64,000 nucleotides of DNA. Source: Caecitellus pseudoparvulus (taxonomy: Eukaryota > Protista > Bigyra: Bicosoecida). The translations under genes and the position numbers were made by a program. The stretch's first letter is position 1. Each line of letters starts with the position of its first letter. Positions 43,835-52,300 of this stretch are shown here, piece by piece. The stretch is taken from contig CBFFRQ010000057.1 of NCBI GenBank assembly GCA_965644315.1, forward strand, positions 372,001 to 436,000. The letters run 5' to 3'. The notes below the pieces were generated by a model. The model did not search any database. It was not told where the DNA came from and saw nothing but the letters and a program-made list of their open reading frames with translations.

Positions 43835-44237
43835 ATGTCCACCGTGCCCACGCCCGATGGGCCAGTGTTCACGTCCAGCTTCATGAATGGGTTCTTCAGC
43901 AAGGAGCGGCGCCTGGCGCAGATGGGCAGCCACCACGAGGCAGACCTGCAGGCTCGGGAAGCAACACACATCGTGCACTACCGCAACGCGATCGAGAAGT
44001 GCGTGGGGCGCAGCCGCGCAGCGTGGCCAGATGCCCATGCACCCCCTCCCTGCCCCGCCCCACCGCAGCAAGAGGTTGAAGGCGCACCCTGGCCACACCA
44101 CTCGGCGCCCCGTCAGCGTCGTGCGGCGTGACCCGCTGCTGCGCGATGGACTGGGACACTACGCTGGGTGGAAGTGGCACCAGGCCTACGTGCAGGGCAC
44201 CCTGTCCAGGTTCATGCAGGGCAAGCCCATCTTGTGA
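43835..44237 (+). CDS. Orphan 110-aa protein, one intron (43999-44068)
   Basis: ATG in gccATG context. Removing a 70-nt gtgcgt...ccgcag intron gives a 333-nt CDS: MSTVPTPDGPVFTSSFMNGFFSKERRLAQMGSHHEADLQAREATHIVHYRNAIENKRLKAHPGHTTRRPVSVVRRDPLLRDGLGHYAGWKWHQAYVQGTLSRFMQGKPIL. G/C-ending codons dominate, and AATGCA follows at 44273. Confidence 0.7.
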
Positions 44238-44272
44238 AGGGGTGCTTGCCCTGCCGCCGCCGCAGCAGGCTG

Positions 44273-44280
44273 AATGCATT
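44273..44280. terminator. Palindromic AATGCATT, putative shared 3'-end signal (110-aa orphan / SDHB)
   Basis: Centred in the 75-bp gap between the stops. Confidence 0.7.
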
Positions 44281-44312
44281 GACTCGCAGCAGGCGAACTG
44301 CAGCGCCCCGCC

Positions 44313-45398
44313 TCAGTGCTTGGCTTCGTACGCCTTGGGCATCTCCTTGATGAGCTTGGCGATGGCCCGGGCAGGGTTGAGGCCCTTGGGGCACACGCGC
44401 GTGCAGTTCATGATCTGGTGGCACCGGTACAGCTTGAACTCGTCATCCAGCGCAGCCAGGCGCTTGGACGTGGCGGCGTCACGGCTGTCAGCCACCCACC
44501 GGTACGCCTGCATGAGCACTGCAGGGCCCAGGTACTTGCCTGAGGAGCCGTTCCACCAGTAGGAGGGGCAGGAGGTGGAGCAGCAGGCGCAGAGGATGCA
44601 CTCGTACATGCCGTCCAGCTTCTTGCGGTCTGCGGAGCTCTGCAGGTGCTCCAGGTTGGGACTGCTCTCCTCCTTCGCCTGCAGCCACGGCTCAATGCTC
44701 TTGTACTGGTCGTAGAAGACGTTGAGGTCGGGGACGAGGTCCTTGATGACGTACATGTGCGGCAGGGGGTACACCTTGTGCGCCTCCTTGCTGGCGGTGT
44801 CGATGTAGGTCAGGCACGCCAAGCCGTTCACGCCGTCGATGTTCATGGCGCAGCTGCCGCAGATGCCCTCACGGCAGGAACTGTGAAGGAGGGGGGCGTC
44901 GGGGCATGTGGCACCAGCGCTGGGACGCCAGGTGAAGTGAGGCGCAACGCCGTGTGAAGCGCGCACGCACCGCCGGAAGGTCAGGGTGGGGTCCTGTTCG
45001 TTCTTGATCTTGATGAGGGCATCCAGCAGCATGGGGCCACATCTGCAGTCGGAGGGGGAGGGGTCGGCGCAGCATCGTGCAGTGGTGCTGGGTGGTGTTT
45101 CGCCGCACCACCAGCGTGACGCACTCGTCCATGTTCACGGGGTAGGACGCAGTGTAAGGCTTCTGGCCAGGCACATCAGGGTCCCATCGGTAGATCTTGA
45201 AGAACTTGATGTTGTCTCCCTGTGCAAGGCGATTCCAAGCCGTGTGCGGGACCCTGCGAAGCTGGGCGGTACACCCGCACTCACAGATGGTGCTGATGCC
45301 TTCAGGCTGCCTGCCGTGCCGGACAGAGCGCGGGCAGCAGTGGCAGTCGCCGTGGGCGCTGCGCGGCGCACCGCCGCAGTTGTAGCTGCAGCAAGCAT
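44313..45398 (-). CDS. SDHB: Succinate dehydrogenase iron-sulfur subunit (SDH2), about 3 introns
   Basis: [16 protein letters not shown]|[27 protein letters not shown] and [17 protein letters not shown]. Presequence [14 protein letters not shown]. Confidence 0.97.
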
Positions 45399-45500
45399 GG
45401 TGGGCGTCGTGGGGTTCGCTCCGTGTGCTGTGATGAAGCACGGTGTGTGCAGGGTGCTTGGTTTGCGGATTTTGCTGGCTGCTCACTTCTGCACGCAGCT

Positions 45501-45506
45501 TGCATT
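45501..45506 (-). terminator. AATGCA putative 3'-end signal (1190-aa hypothetical)
   Basis: 5 nt after the TAG. Confidence 0.55.
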
Positions 45507-45511
45507 GACGC

Positions 45512-48500
45512 CTACTCCCCAAGGTTGGACAGGCACGACAGCACATCGGATGCGAGGTCAAAGAGGGAAAACACAGCATGCACGCCGAGCGCGACAGACC
45601 CCGACTTGGGCTCCGGCGCCTGCTCTGTCGGCGCTGCCCGGCCCCACCCGCGGGTCGGGGAGGGGAGGTGAGGGGGCACGAGGTCTCCGCCCTGCCCCGA
45701 GCTGCTGGGCATGGGTGTGAACACCGTCGCGGTGGACGCCTGCAGGGGGTTCTCAGGGGTCAACGCCACCTCCACATCATGGCTCAGCGCATTGAAGGGG
45801 TGCCCACCTCCAAGCTGCCCGGGCAGCTGCACCACCTGCACCACCAGCGCCAGCGCTGCCAGCACATGCAAGTCGGAGCCATCCAAGTACTTCACCAGGA
45901 CGCTTTGCAGCTTGGACGCCAGGGCGGCCATGCGTCGGCGCTGCTCCGCAGACGTCTGCTCTGCCTCGCCCCCTTCCTGGTCAGCCTCCTGCGGCGTGGA
46001 GGCAGACGCGCCTTCTTCGGCTGCCGCCGTGACGGCCACCTCCGCCACCTCGGACAGGATGCGCCGCGCGTAGCGGCTGAAGGTGGACAGGAATCCCTCC
46101 ACCTTGATGCCTTGCACATCTGCAGCCTGGTACAGCCAGGGGCAGGCGCGCAGGGTGAGGGCCGCGACGCCGACGTCGGCTGGCGCGACCTGCTGCCCGT
46201 ACGGCGTTCCTGCCGCGCTCAGCAGCGTCACATCTGCGACGTTCACGACGCCACCCACACAACCTGCTGCTGCCAGTGCAGCAGTGTCCAGCAGCATGCC
46301 CACCCAGGCTTGCCTGACATCCACCGTGAGGGCAGTGTCCCATGAGTCCACTCTGCCCGCACCCTCCTCCTCTTCCCCGGCCTCGCTCCGCGCGGGCACC
46401 TGCAGGGACAATTGCAGAGCACCAGTGTCCTCTGCCCTCTGCAGAGTCGACCGCACTTGAGGCCCTGGGTCCATGACAGTCTCCAGCACGTTCACAGGCA
46501 GGTGCATGCCAGGCGGCAATTCCGCCTGCACCTGCGGCACTTGCAGCTGCAACTTGGGGCCACTTGCGCCCGCCCGCGCCCCAGAAAGCGTGAGGGACAC
46601 CGCTGCAGCCAGTTTGCGCAGGATTCGCGGCAGTGCCAGCAGCCCCCGGGCGGCGCCCGTGACGGTGCGCTGCACCATGAGCCGCGACGTCTCCAAATCC
46701 ACAACGCGGGCTGAGCTGGCGCCGGCCTCGGCGCTGCCGCCCGCGCTGGCGGAGGAGATCGTGCTGCCGCCACCAGCTGCTGCTGGGCGTCCAGAGCGAA
46801 TGACTTCAGCGCCAGCGCCGTCCCCGGTCCCGCCCATGCCCGCTGCATCGGAGAAGGGGTTGGGGCTGACAGCGGCAGTGCCCTGCGGGGAGGTTGGCGT
46901 GCCTTCGTGTGATTCACCACTGGACCCCCGTCGCAGGCGTGAGGCCAGCCCCGACACCTTGGCCTTGGCCTTGGCCAGCATCCCCTGTGGCGCCTCTGCA
47001 GTGCCGGCGCCAGGCGAAGGGGGGGATGCCGCCTCAGCCGCGCTGGCCGCTGGACTGCTGACGGGTGTGGCAGGAGCAGGCCGCCCTCCGCCCGACACCT
47101 CTCGCGCGCCTTGTAGCAAGGACTGTGAGCCCCGCAGCTCGTCCAGGTCCGCTTCCATCTCCTGCGCGGTGCGCTGGCGCGTGTGCGGTCCCGCGCCGCC
47201 TGCCAGAGCTGCCTTGGCTGCATCGATGCGCCGCAGTGCCAAATCGCGAGCACAGCGCAGGAGGGGCGCCAGGCGCAGTCGCCCCTCCAAGCTGTGCAAC
47301 TGCACAGAAAAGGCGACGGGCTTCCCAGCCAGGGCGGCGGCCCTGCGGAACATCACCCGCACATCAAAGCGCCCCGCGTGGGCTGCTGCTTGGGTGTGGC
47401 GCATGGAAGCCACGCCCCCCGCCGCCGCTCCCTGCCCCGCCCGCTGCATGACCAACACCTGCAGCGCATCGTCCACCAGTTGCTGCCACTGCTGGCACAC
47501 CCACTTCCAGTGCATGATCTTGGCTGCAACGCTGCCAGGCAGCTGCTCCAGGGTCACTGCAGCGGCCGGCTCCGCCCCTGCCGCCTCCTCCTCCAGCTCC
47601 GGGAACAGCGTCAGGATCCAAGGCCGGTGCAGGCGCACATAGGTCAGGATGTCGTGCAGACATGCCAGGGGCGTCTGGCCAGCTTGCGACTGGGCCCGGG
47701 CGAGGGTGCCGGCTTGGTCAGGCGTGAGGCCCAGCCACACCGCGCCAGTGAGCGCATGCGCGTCCGGCCCCAGGGTGTCGGCGGGCAGTACTCGGCTCTG
47801 CTCGTGGACCAGTGTGGGCGCCTCACCCGCCCAATCCTGCAGTGGCTGGGTGTGTGGTTGACTCGCTCGCTGCCGCAGTGCGGCCAGCAGTGGCGCCGGC
47901 ACATGCTCGCCTGAGGACACGCCCAGCAGGGCTGCCAGCAGGCGGTGACTCCACTTGCCCCCAGGTGACTCCACTGGACTCAACGTGGGAGGCAAGGCGG
48001 GGAAGAGCGGGGGTGGGCGGGGCGGCACCTGCGCCTCCGGCGTGATCCCCCGCAGCTCCCCCCGTAACACGGCGAAGGGGATGCCAGCCAGGTCCACCGT
48101 GGCGCTGAGGCTGCCGCGCTGCTGCCCAGCGCAGAGCATGTCGCCCAACTCCGGCGGCGCAGCCCGCAGGGCAGCCGCCTTGATCTGGCTGGGCAGGAAG
48201 GTGTTCACGAGCCAGCGGGTGAGGGCGGAGGGGATGGGCAGGAGCCCGCCCCCCTTCTGGCGAGTGTGCAGTTCACTGAGGCTGAAGGCGAAGGCGGGCC
48301 CCACGACCCACCGCCCATACCGCCCGCACACAGTGCTGCCAGTGCCGTCACTGGCCGCGGGGGGTGCCGGCGTGTCGCCCCCTGACCCACGCTCCCCCCG
48401 CAGCAGCGCCTCCACGTGCTGGTGGGGGGTGTACTGCAGGGGCAGCGTCAGGGACAAGGTGGCAGTGACTTGCAGCGTGTCCACGTCCAGATCCGGCACG

Positions 48501-49078
48501 CCAGAGCCCTTCTCTCCCTTCAGCCGCAGCCCCTGCACGGCGGCCACAAACCGTGCCTTGTCCAGCGTCACAGCCACGGTTGGTGGGCGCACCTGCTGCC
48601 CGCCTGCCAGCGTCAGGGGCGCCACCTCCACCCGCACGTCGCCCTGCAGGGACTCCACCCAGAAATCTCGCATGCCAAAGTACACCCCGTCGCTGCCGCC
48701 AGCGTACAGAAAGCCCTCGCTGGCAGGCAGGTGCAGGTCAAGCTTCGCCGAGTCCAGCTTGGCTTGGGCGCTGGCCAGCAGGCTCTCCACTTCCGCCACA
48801 CGCGCCCAGAAAGACAGCTCGTCAAAGGTAGCATCCTGCTCTTTCATGGCCGCCTTGTACATGGCGGTCAGGGACTCCCGCTCTGCCTTGAGGACTGCGG
48901 CAGAGGCCGAGGCAGACGCCGCGAGGGCTTGCACGCTCTCTGCAACCGCAGCCTGCTCTGCAGGGTCTGGGCGGGAGTTGGCGAGGAAGCGCTTGCCCTG
49001 GGCAAGCAACTCCTTCATCACCCCCTTCATCTTGCCCCGCAGGTGCTTGCACACGCGGGCCGCCTCCGCCTCGGCCAT
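45512..49078 (-). CDS. Hypothetical protein of about 1190 aa; N-terminal coiled coil then a possible TULIP/SMP-like beta region
   Basis: Long ORF with coding-like codon bias. A beta-rich segment ends in an amphipathic helix, IPSALTRWLVNTFLPSQIKAAAL. Sense-strand AATGCA lies 5 nt past the stop. Confidence 0.65.
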   Translation of the reverse strand: MAEAEAARVCKHLRGKMKGVMKELLAQGKRFLANSRPDPAEQAAVAESVQALAASASASAAVLKAERESLTAMYKAAMKEQDATFDELSFWARVAEVESLLASAQAKLDSAKLDLHLPASEGFLYAGGSDGVYFGMRDFWVESLQGDVRVEVAPLTLAGGQQVRPPTVAVTLDKARFVAAVQGLRLKGEKGSGVPDLDVDTLQVTATLSLTLPLQYTPHQHVEALLRGERGSGGDTPAPPAASDGTGSTVCGRYGRWVVGPAFAFSLSELHTRQKGGGLLPIPSALTRWLVNTFLPSQIKAAALRAAPPELGDMLCAGQQRGSLSATVDLAGIPFAVLRGELRGITPEAQVPPRPPPLFPALPPTLSPVESPGGKWSHRLLAALLGVSSGEHVPAPLLAALRQRASQPHTQPLQDWAGEAPTLVHEQSRVLPADTLGPDAHALTGAVWLGLTPDQAGTLARAQSQAGQTPLACLHDILTYVRLHRPWILTLFPELEEEAAGAEPAAAVTLEQLPGSVAAKIMHWKWVCQQWQQLVDDALQVLVMQRAGQGAAAGGVASMRHTQAAAHAGRFDVRVMFRRAAALAGKPVAFSVQLHSLEGRLRLAPLLRCARDLALRRIDAAKAALAGGAGPHTRQRTAQEMEADLDELRGSQSLLQGAREVSGGGRPAPATPVSSPAASAAEAASPPSPGAGTAEAPQGMLAKAKAKVSGLASRLRRGSSGESHEGTPTSPQGTAAVSPNPFSDAAGMGGTGDGAGAEVIRSGRPAAAGGGSTISSASAGGSAEAGASSARVVDLETSRLMVQRTVTGAARGLLALPRILRKLAAAVSLTLSGARAGASGPKLQLQVPQVQAELPPGMHLPVNVLETVMDPGPQVRSTLQRAEDTGALQLSLQVPARSEAGEEEEGAGRVDSWDTALTVDVRQAWVGMLLDTAALAAAGCVGGVVNVADVTLLSAAGTPYGQQVAPADVGVAALTLRACPWLYQAADVQGIKVEGFLSTFSRYARRILSEVAEVAVTAAAEEGASASTPQEADQEGGEAEQTSAEQRRRMAALASKLQSVLVKYLDGSDLHVLAALALVVQVVQLPGQLGGGHPFNALSHDVEVALTPENPLQASTATVFTPMPSSSGQGGDLVPPHLPSPTRGWGRAAPTEQAPEPKSGSVALGVHAVFSLFDLASDVLSCLSNLGE

Positions 49079-49392
49079 GGTGGGCTGCGTTGCTGGGTGG
49101 GCTCGAATTCCGCAGTCCACGTGAAGCCTGCGGGCTCGGCACAAAACACCTCCCCTCCCCACTTGAATGAACAGCCCGTGTGCAGATCAGCGCTGGCTGG
49201 GGACGTGCTCCGCGTGCGTCTCGGCCCACGCCCGGTGCTTTGTGGAGTGCCGGCAGTACAGCGTTTTGCCACAGCACCACGCCTGCTTAGCACGCCGGCT
49301 AGAGTGCCGCCGCTCGCAGTGCCTGACGCTGTGCCAGCCCCACGGCGCCAAGGAAGGACGGCCGATACGCTACTCATTGCTTCATTTCAGCC

Positions 49393-52300
49393 ATGGCGCC
49401 CAGGAACCCGCAGGCAGTCGTAGCCGATGTCATGCACCATATGCAAAGTAATCCCCTCACGTACGGCCCACTCCTTGTCGTCACTCTGGCGATGGTCATG
49501 ATGGAGAGCGGGCGGGCCTACCTTTGGTACTGGCTGTTGGCCCTGATTATGTGGGCGGCAAACTCGGTTTCAGCGTTGACAGGCTGCGCGACGGCGTTCG
49601 TGGAGATGCCCGTGCATGAGCTGGGCTGGGACTGGATGGCGGCAGGCGTGGCCGGCTGCGTCGTCATTCTGGCCCTGCTGGCCTTCAGCAGCAGCTGGGT
49701 CCTGAGTCGCTCGGCCAAGTGGATGGTCAGTCACTTCGCCGCTCAATGGCACCCTTCCCTGCGAGCATTGACTGTGAGTGACCAGTCTGGCGGCGACGCG
49801 CAGTCAATTTCCGCACACAACTCTCCCGTGCCACCCATCGCAGGAGGAAGTTGTGAAGGGGGGGCTGAGCAAGACACTCACCGGATGCGCAGCCCCATTC
49901 TCGCTGATGTTCATGGTCATCCTCATTGACTGTGCCTTCGAATTCTCGGGGCCCAGCCTTCGCATCCTGCCGTCTGAAGCACCAGCTGAGTTCGCGTGGG
50001 GCGAGGAATCCGCTGGCTTGGTGCAGCAGCCCATGCCCTCCAGCGCCGGGTGGGCATTCTTCTTGCACTACTCAGTATTCACCACTCTCTTCTTCGTCTG
50101 CGTCAACACCACCGTGATGCTTGTCAGCTCCCAGCTGCTGGCCGTGTCCACGGAGCATCAGCGGGCCCTGCGGCTGCTGCTGGTGTGGGTCATCGGCATG
50201 ACTCGGGTGTACCCTGCCCTGGCGGCCAACGGTGTGGACCTAGCCCAGGGCGTGGGCTTCATGCTGTACTACTTCGTCCCCGTCTTCCTCGTCGGGAGCC
50301 TGGACACCGTCGTCGCCGACTTCGCCTGTGACGCCGCTTGCGAGCGCGTGCTGGCCACGGGCATCCTGGCCCCCTCGCTCTCCACAGTGGACGAGCTGGG
50401 AGGCAACCACGGCGTGAGTGCTTCCAAGCAGGCGCGCAAGACAGTGGACACGCTCGCGTCTCTGCAGGCCGCCGTGCAAGCCATGCTGGTGGCGCTCGTG
50501 CGCTGCTTCTTCTGCATCATTGCCGTCATCACGGGCAGCGGCGCTGGGCTGAACATGCTGCTGCGGCACCAAGTCAGTGGTATGACGGCAGCCGCCCGAG
50601 AGGGCTCCTTGGCCCTGCCTCAGCCCATGGAGCCTGGCGACCTGCCCTGGTGGCCGCCCGCTGGCATGCTGTCCCTGCAGTTTAACCGGGCGCCTTCTTC
50701 GTCTCTGGCCTTGTCCATCATCTTCCAGGTCCTCATCCTTGTGTGCATGTGTGTCATTGCGTTCCGCTTCGTCGTTGGCATCTCATGGCTGTACACCCTT
50801 TGCAGCTTGCCCTGGGTCACGAGCACGCACACGGGGCGCCTGCGCCTGAACAAGTCCCTCTTCCAGAACAGCCACCTCTCCAGCTTCGCAAGCATCTTCG
50901 CTGACGCGCGCCACCTCATGAAACAGTTTCAGCACATGTCTTCATTCAGGCTGGGGAGTGCCATCTTTTCTCTGGCAGACAAGGCCGACAAGCAGCTGGA
51001 GCAGCTGCAGCATGTTGGCCACTCGGCAGTGGAGCATTTCGGCTTCATCTTGCCCATGACGCTGACCAACACCAGCTCCATGTCTTTGAAGCTCCCGACT
51101 CTGCGCCTCAGCGTGCCGTTTGCGTTCAAGGAGCCGAACAAGAGCACTTCCTACACCTCCATCGCTCGCGTCGTCGTTTCCGTCCGCCGAAGGGGGGCGA
51201 CGGACCAGGGACCGTCCCTCACCCTGCCTGTGAGGCAGAATGTGAATGTGGACATCCACATCAAAGCCAGCATTTTCTTCGTCCGCCTGCTGGAGCTGGC
51301 GCTGGCGCTCATGGGCAACTCCACCTGGATCTCCAGGCTCATCAAGAGTGTCCCCGGCAGCGACCTCAAGAATAGAACTGTGGCGGGACTTGCCGCCAGG
51401 GTCAGGGTGACCCGAGACACTGCGCCCATGCGGTGTATACCGGCTTCCAAGCTCCCTGACGGGTACATGGAGCTGCTGGAGCTGAGGCATGGAAGGGCGG
51501 TGTCCAGCATCCTGCACGCCAGCTCTGCTTCGGGTAAGGAGCAGAGCATGCTCACCCTCACGCGCCAGGTGTTGGCGCCCATGATTTCCACCATCCGCTC
51601 GCACTTGACTTCTGGCCACAGCAAGAAGCGGGTGGAGTCCCTGCATCGCACCATTGTGGCGTTGCTCAGCCGAGTGTCGGAGCGGCGCACAACTCAAGGC
51701 GACCTCTCTCGCCGGCTGATGGAGGCAAAGGTGCAGCTTCAGGGAGCGCACTACAACACAGAGGTGCTGATGGTCATGCTGGAGCGCTGTGCTGAGGTGC
51801 TGCAGCAGCCGACTCCGGAGGCACGCAGCCAGAAAGCCAGGGAGCTGCTGGGCGCTGGCCTTGCCCGCGATGGCGAGGATTTGGGCCAGGCCGCCGCAGA
51901 CGAAGGTGCCAACATGGCAACACGGTTCAGCTGGATGTTCCAGGAGGGCATGGAGCCTGCAGACGAGCGCGAGCTATCCAGTGCTGAAGTGGAGCAGGAG
52001 CAGGCTGGGACAGCCTCTGCACAGGCCGGGCTGTCTCAAGCCGAGCAGCTCAAGGCGTCTGCTGGGCTCCACTCGTTTCACGACTTGCCAGAGGCAGAAA
52101 TTGTGCACAGGCTGCGAGACCTCAGCATCTTCCGGTGCATAATCCGACTGGTGTACGGCTTCATGGGGCTGGCCACGGCGCAGGATGACCTGACGCTCAG
52201 CACGCAGCACCTGGAGGATGGGGAGACCAAGGCCACAGTGAAGGAAATCCTGAAGCAGCTGGCACAGCACAGACGGCAGTTCATGGAGAGCTGCTCTGTG

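Noticed and set aside
42052-45398. SDH cluster as bacterial contamination, an operon or a NUMT
   Set aside because: All three genes have spliceosomal introns, targeting-like presequences, host-like codon usage and their own 3' motifs.
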